From sequence record MZ574431.2: DNA of 64,000 bases. The stretch is one strand, 5' to 3'. The position numbers and the translations under genes were made by a program. The notes under the pieces were generated by a model, which was given only the letters and a program-made list of their open reading frames with translations, did not search any database and had not been told where the DNA came from. This document shows positions 53,966 through 62,020 of this stretch, piece by piece; the stretch's first letter is position 1; the number at the start of each line of letters is the position of its first letter.

Positions 53966-54370
53966 GTGCAGCGCACCATCACCGCCCGTATCATCGAATT
54001 GACGAGCACCATCGCCAATCCGAGCTACGATCGTCGCTGCCGCTACGGCATCGGCGCGATCGAGAAATACTCGGCCGGCGAGCGTCTGGTCTTCAAGACG
54101 CTCCAAGTTGGCGACGAGCCAACGGAGTACACGATCTGCACGCCGGGCGACGGCTTCAACTGGACGTCCGATCGCAAGATCGTCGACGCCGTCCGGGCCG
54201 CCTCGATCGACGTCGATCCGAAGTCCTGGGTCGAATGGTGCGCCACCACCGACGAGTGCGGTCGCGGTATCGACATGCGGGTCCTGGAAATCCTCTTCCA
54301 CTCCCACCCCGAGATCGTGAAGGCCGCGCACGCCGAGGCCGTCGCCCGCTACGACGAGTTTGACGACTGA
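53966..54370 (+). CDS. hypothetical protein
   Basis: GGAGA SD before GTG. Confidence 0.75.
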   Translation: MQRTITARIIELTSTIANPSYDRRCRYGIGAIEKYSAGERLVFKTLQVGDEPTEYTICTPGDGFNWTSDRKIVDAVRAASIDVDPKSWVEWCATTDECGRGIDMRVLEILFHSHPEIVKAAHAEAVARYDEFDD

Positions 54371-54558
54371 TGCGGCTGATCATCAACGCTCCGCCAGCCC
54401 TGGTCGACGACGCGGTCGAAATCCTGCTGACCGAGGTCAAGCGGATCGAAGAGTACAACCGCGTCGGCTGGGGCTGGGCGTTTGGCAGTCCGCCCAGCAA
54501 GTTTTTCGTGCGCCGCCTCAAGGATGGTCTGTCGATCACCCACGTGAACAAGGACTGA
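54370..54558 (+). CDS. hypothetical protein
   Basis: TGATG coupling. Confidence 0.7.
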   Translation: MRLIINAPPALVDDAVEILLTEVKRIEEYNRVGWGWAFGSPPSKFFVRRLKDGLSITHVNKD

Positions 54559-54560
54559 CC

Positions 54561-54932
54561 ATGGCCAAGCAACGTTGGATCAAGGACCGCTTCGGCGACA
54601 GCCGCCGCGCCCCGATGACTATCCATGACGCCATCGTCTTGATCCTGGAGCACATGCAAAGCTCGGTGGCGCTGATCGCGCGCACGGACTATCGCAGCGT
54701 CCATAACCCCCAAGGCCTGCCCGAGATGTCGATGGCTTCGACAAAGGTCTATGGGACGCGCTACTGGCAAGCGGCCGAGCGCCTGATCAAGGAAGGCGCC
54801 GTGGTCGCGGCCAACGGCAGCCCCGACTGCCGCGACGACTTCCGTAACCCCTTATACATGGTTGCGGGGCCTAACTACGCCAAGGCGGTGAAAACCTACC
54901 TCGGTGATGTCGGTGTGCAAGAAAACAGTTGA
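54561..54932 (+). CDS. hypothetical protein
   Basis: AAGGA SD; stop is the TGA of TTGACA. Confidence 0.7.
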   Translation: MAKQRWIKDRFGDSRRAPMTIHDAIVLILEHMQSSVALIARTDYRSVHNPQGLPEMSMASTKVYGTRYWQAAERLIKEGAVVAANGSPDCRDDFRNPLYMVAGPNYAKAVKTYLGDVGVQENS

Positions 54933-54958
54933 CACACTCTCCTCGTCCGGGCTAGGTT
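54916..54958 (+). promoter_or_regulatory. conserved phage promoter with anti-SD arm
   Basis: TGCAAGAAAACAG-TTGACA-18-TAGGTT; TCTCCTCGT pairs with ACGAGGAGA. Confidence 0.85.
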
Positions 54959-54986
54959 CGAAGCCTGACGGAACGAGGAGACACCG

Positions 54987-56015
54987 ATGGCCAATACCCG
55001 CTTTGAAGTTCTCGACGCGCTACGCGGTGTCGCCGCCATCGCCGTCGTGCTCTACCACCTGGGTCTGGCCGTCAAGATGCCGCTGGCCCACCACGGCTGG
55101 GTCGCGGTCGACTTCTTCTTCATGCTGAGCGGTTTCATCATCGCCCACGCCTACGACAAGAAGCTGGCCGGCGGGCTCTCCACCAAGGCCTTCATGGTCG
55201 CGCGTCTCAAGCGTCTGTGGCCCCTGCACTTGGCCGGCATGATCCTGGGCCTGGGCGTCTACGTCTTCATGGCCCTGAGCCAAGGCAAGACCGAGACCAT
55301 CCCGGCCTTGACTCTGCTCGCGGTCGCCGGCGCCTTCTTCGTGCCGATCGTCGCCCAGGCCAAGATGACCGCCTTCATCCTCAACGTGCCGGCGTGGTCG
55401 CTGTTCTATGAGATGGTCGCCAATCTGGCCTATGCCGCTGGCTTCAAGCTGACCGGCAAGCGCGTCCTGGCGGCGCTCTCGTTCCTGGGGCTGGCGGGCC
55501 TGGGCGCCGACGCAGCCGTCTTCGGCATGCTCGATGTGGGCTGGTCCTCGACCAATCTCCTGGGCGGCTTGGCGCGCATCCTCTTTGCTTTCCCGCTGGG
55601 CGCGCTGATCTATCGCCTCCACGTCGAAGGTCGGTTTGACGCCCTGCGCAAGGTCTCGCCGACGGTCCTGCTGCTGGCCTTTGTGGCGATCGTCTGGATG
55701 CCTTTTCACCACAGCCTTCCGATCGATCTGCTGATCATCGTCCTGGTGTTCCCGCCCTTCCTGATCCTGGCCGCGCGGGCGCGCTTTACCGCGCCGTCGC
55801 CGGTGCTGATCAAGCTGGGCGATCTTTCCTATGCCGTCTACGCCACACACATGGCGTCGCTGACGGTCGCCTCAATGATCGCCGCCGCCTTGGGCCTGCC
55901 CGCCCTGACGATCCTGATCTCGATGCCGCTGGTTCTGACCGTCGCCTGGGCGGCGCAGAAGCTGACCACGGTATCCTACAAGAAAACTGTTGACACTCGT
56001 TTGGCGCGCGCCTAA
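54987..56015 (+). CDS. acyltransferase-3 (OafA-like) membrane O-acyltransferase
   Basis: LDALRGVAAIAVVLYH, AVDFFFMLSGF, RLKRLWP, WSLFYE, LGDLSYAVYATH; about ten TM helices. Confidence 0.9.
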   Translation: MANTRFEVLDALRGVAAIAVVLYHLGLAVKMPLAHHGWVAVDFFFMLSGFIIAHAYDKKLAGGLSTKAFMVARLKRLWPLHLAGMILGLGVYVFMALSQGKTETIPALTLLAVAGAFFVPIVAQAKMTAFILNVPAWSLFYEMVANLAYAAGFKLTGKRVLAALSFLGLAGLGADAAVFGMLDVGWSSTNLLGGLARILFAFPLGALIYRLHVEGRFDALRKVSPTVLLLAFVAIVWMPFHHSLPIDLLIIVLVFPPFLILAARARFTAPSPVLIKLGDLSYAVYATHMASLTVASMIAAALGLPALTILISMPLVLTVAWAAQKLTTVSYKKTVDTRLARA

Positions 56016-56018
56016 GAA
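55977..56018 (+). promoter_or_regulatory. conserved phage promoter
   Basis: TACAAGAAAACTG-TTGACA-17-TAAGAA, inside the 3' end of the acyltransferase gene. Confidence 0.85.
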
Positions 56019-56048
56019 GGGTTCAACAGCAACCGAGGAGCCCAGCGC

Positions 56049-56570
56049 ATGCCCAAGACGATCCACACCGTGACCTTCGCCGACGGTACGACCGCCACGC
56101 GCGAATCGGCCAACCGCAAGTACAGCCACGTGGTCGTCGGCAAGCACAGCAAGGCCCTGCACCTGAGCCAACTCGACGGCTATGCGCGCAGCGATCGCAG
56201 CAACTACCACTACGGCATGTCCAAGACCCGCGCGACGCCGGGCGTCCCCACGCCCTACCAGTCGCTGTCGGAGCGCGATCGCCCCTACGTCTTCACCTGG
56301 ACCGAGAAGGAAATCGAGGACGCCAAGATCGAGATGGCGCCCTATGCCGACATGGACGCCTATGTGGCCGGCAAGCGCGCCGAGCGCCTGGAGGTGATCG
56401 CCAAGCGCGAAGCCGAGGGCTACTACGATCAGTGGTGCGCCCTGACCTGGGCCTCGCGCCACGATCTGGCCGCCAAGCAGGTCGGCAACTGGTCCAAGAC
56501 CTTCGTCGAGGTCACCATCCTGCCCACCGAGCAACGCGAGGTCACCCCGCGCAAGAAGAAGGAGGCGTAA
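56049..56570 (+). CDS. hypothetical protein
   Basis: GAGGAG SD. Confidence 0.8.
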   Translation: MPKTIHTVTFADGTTATRESANRKYSHVVVGKHSKALHLSQLDGYARSDRSNYHYGMSKTRATPGVPTPYQSLSERDRPYVFTWTEKEIEDAKIEMAPYADMDAYVAGKRAERLEVIAKREAEGYYDQWCALTWASRHDLAAKQVGNWSKTFVEVTILPTEQREVTPRKKKEA

Positions 56571-56575
56571 GCGCG

Positions 56576-56770
56576 ATGAACGTCGAGACCGTCCTTCGCT
56601 TCCTGGCCGCGTGCTGGGCGCTGCAACTGGTCCTGTCGGGCTGGAGCATCAACTTCGACCGCACCGAGACCGGCTACCGTGGCTCGCTCGACTACAGCTA
56701 CGGCAACCTGATCGGCGGCGCGTTCTTGACCGCCTTCGCGGTCCTCGGCTTCGGCCTCTTCGGGAAATAA
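56576..56770 (+). CDS. small membrane protein
   Basis: GGAGG SD; two hydrophobic segments. Confidence 0.7.
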   Translation: MNVETVLRFLAACWALQLVLSGWSINFDRTETGYRGSLDYSYGNLIGGAFLTAFAVLGFGLFGK

Positions 56771-56773
56771 TCC

Positions 56774-57121
56774 ATGCCCATGAACACCAAGGACTTCCCG
56801 AGCGGCGATCAGGTCGCCAGCCTCAAGGCCACCTTCCTGGGCGGCCCTGGCCGGCCCTTCATGTCGACCGACGCCATGACCGAGGCCATGCGCAAACTGA
56901 TCGCCTTCTACGAGGCGACGGCGCCAGCCTCCGTACCGGGCATCGAAGGCTATCAGATCATCGTCGATGGTAAGATCGTGCCGATCACCGAAGCGTCCTG
57001 GCACGATCTGGCGCGAGCGGCCAAGACCAGCATCGAGCACCTGGAGCTTCTCGACGAGATGGCCCAAGAGCTTCGCGTCAACGTCGAGCGCCATCGCAAC
57101 GGCCTGGAGCCGGAGGAATGA
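56774..57121 (+). CDS. hypothetical protein
   Basis: Packed. Confidence 0.7.
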   Translation: MPMNTKDFPSGDQVASLKATFLGGPGRPFMSTDAMTEAMRKLIAFYEATAPASVPGIEGYQIIVDGKIVPITEASWHDLARAAKTSIEHLELLDEMAQELRVNVERHRNGLEPEE

Positions 57122-57387
57122 AGGACGCCATCTACACGCTCGACCGCGAGCCGATCAAGCGCCATCCGCAGTTCTATCTGATCGAGATGGGCCATGAGCC
57201 GGGCGAGTTCTGGATCAGCGGCTATGTCCGCGCCCGGACGCCTCAGAAGGCGATCAAGAAGGCCCGGCGCATCCAGAAGAACACCGGCTGGCCGTTCCTG
57301 CGTGTCGACGATCAACCGACCCGCCGCGAGGCCTGGGCCGACGTCAAGGCCGCGATCGATCGCGAGTCGCTGGAGAATGGCCTGTGA
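57118..57387 (+). CDS. hypothetical protein
   Basis: GGAGG SD, ATGA overlap. Confidence 0.75.
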   Translation: MKDAIYTLDREPIKRHPQFYLIEMGHEPGEFWISGYVRARTPQKAIKKARRIQKNTGWPFLRVDDQPTRREAWADVKAAIDRESLENGL

Positions 57388-57647
57388 GTCTCAGGCTTCG
57401 CAAGACCAAGCCGACCCTCTGGAACGGCAACGGGTTTGGCACCAGCGCCGCCGAATGGTCGCTGGCCGACCACCCCGGCTGGAAGATCACCAAGGCCTAT
57501 GACTGGGAGGCTCACCACGCCGACGGCCGGCGGGTTTCGGCCTACACCCGCAAGGAGCTTCTGGAGAAGCTGGAACCGATCGTCCTAGGACCTCCGTCGG
57601 CTCAAACCGACCCGGCCCCGCTTTTGGTCGACTCAAATCGACCGTAA
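57384..57647 (+). CDS. hypothetical protein
   Basis: GTGA overlap. Confidence 0.7.
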   Translation: MSLRLRKTKPTLWNGNGFGTSAAEWSLADHPGWKITKAYDWEAHHADGRRVSAYTRKELLEKLEPIVLGPPSAQTDPAPLLVDSNRP

Positions 57648-57673
57648 CAGCCCAAATGTCGACTGAAGGCGAT

Positions 57674-57703
57674 AAAGGCCCGGAGGCATCCTCCGGGCCT
57701 TTT
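57674..57703. terminator. bidirectional rho-independent terminator
   Basis: AAAGGCCCGGAGG-CAT-CCTCCGGGCCTTT(T) between convergent units. Confidence 0.9.
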
Positions 57704-57751
57704 GCATGATGTATCAGTCATAATCGGGCATTGTGACTGATATATCAGTCA
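57703..57751. repeat. three TATCAGTCA half-sites including an 18-bp perfect palindrome
   Basis: TGACTGATATATCAGTCA at 57734-57751; a 15/18 copy at 57703-57720. Confidence 0.9.
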
Positions 57752-57754
57752 AAC

Positions 57755-57833
57755 TGGCGGCCCCGGTGGGGATCGAACCCACGACCTCTGCTTTCGGAAA
57801 ACAGCGCTCTCAATTCCGCTGAGCTACGGGGCC
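57755..57833 (-). tRNA. tRNA-Arg (anticodon CCG), CCA encoded
   Basis: Manual cloverleaf: GGCCCCG/CGGGGCC acceptor, GCTC/GAGC D-stem, loop TTCCGAA, GTGGG-TTCGATC-CCCAC, discriminator G, CCA. Confidence 0.92.
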
Positions 57834-57835
57834 AT

Positions 57836-57910
57836 TGGCATGCCCGGCCGGAATCAAACCGGCATCCGGCGCTTAGAAGGCGCTTGCTCTCTTCGTTGAG
57901 CTACGGGCAC
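57836..57910 (-). tRNA. tRNA-Arg (anticodon UCU), CCA encoded
   Basis: Manual cloverleaf: GTGCCCG/CGGGCAT, GCTC/GAGC, loop CTTCTAA, GCCGG-TTTGATT-CCGGC, discriminator G, CCA. Confidence 0.88.
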
Positions 57911-57927
57911 GCAGAAAGGTGGGGCGC

Positions 57928-57975
57928 TTAGCGCCGCCGCCTGATCGTCTTTCTGGTCGTGCCCGAGAAGGTCAT
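57928..57975 (-). CDS. 15-aa Arg-rich leader peptide MTFSGTTRKTIRRRR
   Basis: Codons AGA, AGG, CGG, CGG, CGC; stop 17 nt before tRNA-Arg(UCU); ATG 7 nt after a putative -10. Confidence 0.6.
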   Translation of the reverse strand: MTFSGTTRKTIRRRR

Positions 57976-57981
57976 GATCCT

Positions 57982-58010
57982 CTCGTAACCTATCTGGTCG
58001 GCGCCGTCAA
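57982..58010 (-). promoter_or_regulatory. putative promoter of the leader-tRNA operon
   Basis: TTGACG-17-TACGAG on the minus strand. Confidence 0.5.
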
Positions 58011-58063
58011 CAAATGCGCCATGACGCCTTGCGTGACACGAAGTCTTAGGGCAGATTGCCGCC

Positions 58064-58390
58064 ATGACGATCCTCACCGAAGCTGAATTTCTGGCCGGCC
58101 ACCTGCCTCCCGCCCCGGCGGTCGAGCGCGACTTGGCAGGCCTGATCAAGGTCCTGGCTCAGTCCCTCTATTACGAGGCAGACGATCCTGCGCCGAGCGA
58201 CAACTATTTCAACTATCACGGCGGACGCGGATTTGAGTCGCACCTGCGCAAGGACTACAAGGTCAGCGTGAAGGGCAACATCCTGTCGGCCGGCGCCCGA
58301 GGCGGCGACGACTTCTACAACGTCAACTTCATGGCGCCGGCGCTGTACGATCGCCTGGAGGCCTTCTTCGCCGGAAAGGTCGCACGATGA
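58064..58390 (+). CDS. hypothetical protein
   Basis: First gene after the tRNA unit. Confidence 0.7.
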   Translation: MTILTEAEFLAGHLPPAPAVERDLAGLIKVLAQSLYYEADDPAPSDNYFNYHGGRGFESHLRKDYKVSVKGNILSAGARGGDDFYNVNFMAPALYDRLEAFFAGKVAR

Positions 58391-58701
58391 GCAAGGACCG
58401 TGACCTTCAGGGTCTGACCAACATCATCGAAGGCGCCATGGTCCAGCACGACCTGGATTGCTGGAACCTGCACATCAGCCTCATTCCCGAGGCCTTCTAC
58501 AACTCCGCCGCCGAGCACATCCAGCTTGGCTCGGGCGGGCGGGACTACGATGTCCATCTCTTCGCCGAGGACCTCTATGACGGCCTGGAGAAGTTCTTCA
58601 ACGCGCGACTGAAGGCGCGTATCGAAGCCATGATGGACAAGATGGTCGAGCACGAGAAGCGCTATGTCGAGCACCTCTTCGGGGCGGGCGGCGCGCTGTG
58701 A
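58387..58701 (+). CDS. hypothetical protein
   Basis: ATGA overlap. Confidence 0.75.
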   Translation: MSKDRDLQGLTNIIEGAMVQHDLDCWNLHISLIPEAFYNSAAEHIQLGSGGRDYDVHLFAEDLYDGLEKFFNARLKARIEAMMDKMVEHEKRYVEHLFGAGGAL

Positions 58702-59009
58702 TCCACTTCGCCACCGCCAGCACCGAAGACCAAGTCAAGGTCGTCGACATCCTGACGCAGTTCGATCATGCGCGGCAGGCGGCCTATGACAAGGCCAAGA
58801 CCACGCCCGAGTTTCAGCCCTGGTTCGAGCGCGCCGAGGCGATGTACCAGGACTTCTGCGCCTCCTATGGGCTCAACCCCCAGCCGGTCTTCGACAGCGT
58901 GCAGCACATCCGCCGCCGCATCGAGGAGGGCCATCCCGATTTCATGCACTACCACGACCGGCCCGAGTTCGCCGATGTCGTGCCCTTCTCCAGGGAACGG
59001 ACCTACTGA
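58698..59009 (+). CDS. hypothetical protein
   Basis: GTGA overlap. Confidence 0.75.
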   Translation: MIHFATASTEDQVKVVDILTQFDHARQAAYDKAKTTPEFQPWFERAEAMYQDFCASYGLNPQPVFDSVQHIRRRIEEGHPDFMHYHDRPEFADVVPFSRERTY

Positions 59010-59203
59010 TGTCCGCCAAGCTGTCGGTCTATGAGCGCATCATGAAGGCCGCCGAGAAGGGCGTTGGCATCCGCCTGTCCGCGCAGGACTGCGAAGAGAT
59101 GTCGATGGATGACGCCATCGCCACGGCGGCTTTCAATTTTGAGCTTCTCCGCAAGGGCCAAAAGCTGGACGACTACGGCGACATCATCGACGAGGCCATC
59201 TGA
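59009..59203 (+). CDS. hypothetical protein
   Basis: TGATG coupling. Confidence 0.7.
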   Translation: MSAKLSVYERIMKAAEKGVGIRLSAQDCEEMSMDDAIATAAFNFELLRKGQKLDDYGDIIDEAI

Positions 59204-59205
59204 CC

Positions 59206-59385
59206 ATGGACATCAGCACCACCGTTCACGTCCGCCGCAGCTATCCGATCCCGGCCTCGACCGACACCTTCAATGTCGACGTCCATGTCAGGCCTGAGGA
59301 CTACGACATCGATGAGATCACCAAGGCCTGCGACGCCCGGTACGAGGCGTTCTTAGCGTCGATGAAGGTGCGTTATCCGGGATGA
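59206..59385 (+). CDS. hypothetical protein, 59 aa
   Basis: Not in ORF track: MDISTTVHVRRSYPIP...VRYPG; fills the gap and ends in an ATGA overlap. Confidence 0.7.
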   Translation: MDISTTVHVRRSYPIPASTDTFNVDVHVRPEDYDIDEITKACDARYEAFLASMKVRYPG

Positions 59386-59978
59386 CCCAGCCGCTTAAGC
59401 CCCTGGCGCGCGACAAATACTGGATCAAGTTGATCGCCACCCTGGCCGAGTTCAACAAGCGCTTCGACCACCTGGAGCCCGACATCTTTGGCGAGCCCGC
59501 GTGGATGGCGCGGCCTGTCGGACCCAAGGCCAGTCAGTACGAGGTCTGGGCGCGCGAAATCTACCTGAAAGCCTATCGCCTCAATCGCTGCGCCTGGGCG
59601 CCGCGCTGTGATCCGCTGTTCCCCTCGCCGGTCATGAAGGGCGCGATCACCGATCCGCCCGTGATCGGCAATCTCGTCTACATGTCGTCGATCCGCCCCG
59701 GCAACGTCATGCGCGCCGTGGGACAGTTGATCATGGTCGACGAGGAGCGCGGACCTGGGGCGCTCAAGCTTTACGATCACCGCGACGGCGGCCCGGCAAC
59801 GCGCGGCGAGCGCTACACGATCAAGCTGCTTGACGGCTCGATCCAGCGCTGGGTCAACGCCAAGCCCGAGCGCATCTTCGATCTCAACCGCTATGTCGGC
59901 ACGATCCCCGAATGGGGCGTGCCGATGAGCCAGGAGGAGGCGGCGCGCCTCGTGCCGGCCAACTGGAGGCAATGGTAG
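59382..59978 (+). CDS. hypothetical protein
   Basis: Packed. Confidence 0.75.
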   Translation: MTQPLKPLARDKYWIKLIATLAEFNKRFDHLEPDIFGEPAWMARPVGPKASQYEVWAREIYLKAYRLNRCAWAPRCDPLFPSPVMKGAITDPPVIGNLVYMSSIRPGNVMRAVGQLIMVDEERGPGALKLYDHRDGGPATRGERYTIKLLDGSIQRWVNAKPERIFDLNRYVGTIPEWGVPMSQEEAARLVPANWRQW

Positions 59979-59980
59979 CC

Positions 59981-60559
59981 ATGACCGACAAGCTGCTTGA
60001 TTTCGACTACCTGCGCGCCAGCGGCGCACAGCCGCACAACTTCGGCCTTGGCTTCATCCAGTTGAAGCTGAACGAGCACAGCCGCCTCCACTTCTGGACT
60101 GGCGAGCCCAACGTCCCCGAGGACGAAATCCACGATCACCGCTACAGCTTCCGCTCGGAGGTCCTCAAGGGCTGCGTGGAGCACGAGACCTTCGTGTTCC
60201 GCCCACTGATGGACTCGCTCCTGCGCGGCGGCGTGGCGGCCGAGGGCGCGATCTGGACCATGACCATGGTTTCCTGCGATCCCGACAAGCTGGTGCGCGA
60301 TCCGCACCACACCTTCGGCACGGTCGAAAAGACCGGCGAGTACCATCTGGCGGAGAACTCCTCCTACTGGTTTCCCTACGGCGCCTTCCACCGCTCCAGG
60401 GGCAGCAAGGGCGCGATCACCCACCTCGTTCGCGATCCCACGGTCAACGAATACGCTCGCGTGATCCGCCGTCAGGGCGCGGTGGAAATCTGCCCGTTCT
60501 CCGATCCACGACCGCCCGAGGCGTTGTGGGAGACGATCAAGGAGTTTTTGGCCGCATGA
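59981..60559 (+). CDS. cupin-like protein
   Basis: RLHFW...IHDHRYSFRSEVLKG...FHR. Confidence 0.6.
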   Translation: MTDKLLDFDYLRASGAQPHNFGLGFIQLKLNEHSRLHFWTGEPNVPEDEIHDHRYSFRSEVLKGCVEHETFVFRPLMDSLLRGGVAAEGAIWTMTMVSCDPDKLVRDPHHTFGTVEKTGEYHLAENSSYWFPYGAFHRSRGSKGAITHLVRDPTVNEYARVIRRQGAVEICPFSDPRPPEALWETIKEFLAA

Positions 60560-61293
60560 GGTACGATCGCATCGTCGAGCATCACGTCAAGATGCTCTAT
60601 AAGCGCCGCTACGGCCCTCAAGCGACCGAGATGGACATCCCGACCTTCGATGCCGAGATCGCCCGTCTGAGGGGCCTCCAGGAGCGTTGCAGGGCACGTG
60701 ACGAGCGCAAGGCCGCCAAGGTTCGCTGGGCCGAGCACGTGGCGCGCATGCTGGGCGAGATGGCGTTCGCCCATCGGGTGATCCACAACCCCGATAAGCG
60801 CGAGCCCTTGACGCTGATGGCCTTCGACATCGAGCAGACGATGGATGGCGTGCTCGAAGAGGTGGGTGTCGCCATCCTCCGTCGCGGCGTGATGCTCAAC
60901 TATAACTACCGGCTCGCTGGCGCCGGCCGCACGCACGACTTCCACTTCGGCTCGACCACCTACCTCCACAGCCTCGCCGCCTTCCAGGCCGTCCTGGAGG
61001 TCCATGCCGCCGGCGTCGACTACTATGCCGGCCAGAGCCTCAACTACGACTTCGACCGCTTGAAGGCGCAAGGCATCGTCCTGCCGCGCCGCGCGGTCTT
61101 CGATGTCGGTCACTGGTCGACGATCGAGAGCGACAACAAGGAGATGACCTCGCTGGAGGCCTCCTGCGCCCGCCATGGCATTGACACCTCAGGCATGCAC
61201 TGTGGCGGCAACGACGCGGCCTACACGCTTCAGCTTATGCTGGCCATGATCGATGAGCACATCATCATTCCCCAGGCCCTGGCCGCCGCGTGA
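60556..61293 (+). CDS. DEDDh 3'-5' exonuclease-like protein
   Basis: AFDIE...GQSLNYDF...SL...MHCGGNDAAYT. Confidence 0.75.
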   Translation: MRYDRIVEHHVKMLYKRRYGPQATEMDIPTFDAEIARLRGLQERCRARDERKAAKVRWAEHVARMLGEMAFAHRVIHNPDKREPLTLMAFDIEQTMDGVLEEVGVAILRRGVMLNYNYRLAGAGRTHDFHFGSTTYLHSLAAFQAVLEVHAAGVDYYAGQSLNYDFDRLKAQGIVLPRRAVFDVGHWSTIESDNKEMTSLEASCARHGIDTSGMHCGGNDAAYTLQLMLAMIDEHIIIPQALAAA

Positions 61294-61604
61294 CCCAGTA
61301 CATCTATCTCCTGATCGCCAACGATCGCTACAACGACATGGGTGAGTGGCACCCGCTCGTCGCCTTCGAGCGCTCCGAAGACGCCATGCTGCTGTGGGCC
61401 GAGTTCTGCGCCCTGGCTTGCGATCCTGTCTTTGAGGACTGGGCGGGGCGCGCGGTCAATATCCCCTTCGCCATTCCGTCCTGGGAGGAGCGCAAGCCCG
61501 TTCTCCTCAAACGGCTGGGCTCCTTCCTGACCCAGGACGAGATCGACTGGATTCGCCCCTCCGATCTGTTCTTCGAAATCCTTAAGGTCCGCAAATACCC
61601 ATGA
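61290..61604 (+). CDS. hypothetical protein
   Basis: GTGA overlap. Confidence 0.7.
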   Translation: MTQYIYLLIANDRYNDMGEWHPLVAFERSEDAMLLWAEFCALACDPVFEDWAGRAVNIPFAIPSWEERKPVLLKRLGSFLTQDEIDWIRPSDLFFEILKVRKYP

Positions 61605-62020
61605 GCCGCAACTACGCCGAGATGTCGGCCCAGAGCCTGATCAAGTTCATCGCTCACGACTTTGTCGAACTGAGCCATGACAAGGTCCAGAACCAGTATC
61701 ACGCCTACAAGCGCATGTGTCGCGAGTGGCTGTCGGCTCGCCACAAGGGCGGCAAGGTCAACCCGCTCAAGGTCCGCCAGGAGGCGATCGTGCGCGGCCT
61801 CACCGAACGCGGCGACGGCGCCATCTTCCTGGGCAGCCAGATCGACGTGATCAGCCAGATGGCGGGCCGCATCGCGCTCCTGGAGGACAAGCTGGGCCTG
61901 CTGGACGACGAGGGTTGCTTGGTCGCTCTGGCGTCCACCAAGCCGAAGAAGAAACGAGATGCCGACCGCTCCAACGTCGGCTATGTCGAGAACGGTTATC
62001 GAGAGCAGGACGACTTCTGA
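61601..62020 (+). CDS. hypothetical protein
   Basis: ATGA overlap. Confidence 0.7.
   Translation: MSRNYAEMSAQSLIKFIAHDFVELSHDKVQNQYHAYKRMCREWLSARHKGGKVNPLKVRQEAIVRGLTERGDGAIFLGSQIDVISQMAGRIALLEDKLGLLDDEGCLVALASTKPKKKRDADRSNVGYVENGYREQDDF

Noticed and set aside
57976-58149. Upstream extension of the Arg leader ORF to 73 aa
   Set aside because: Overlaps the + strand gene at 58064 and crosses the putative promoter; only the last 15 codons are considered meaningful.
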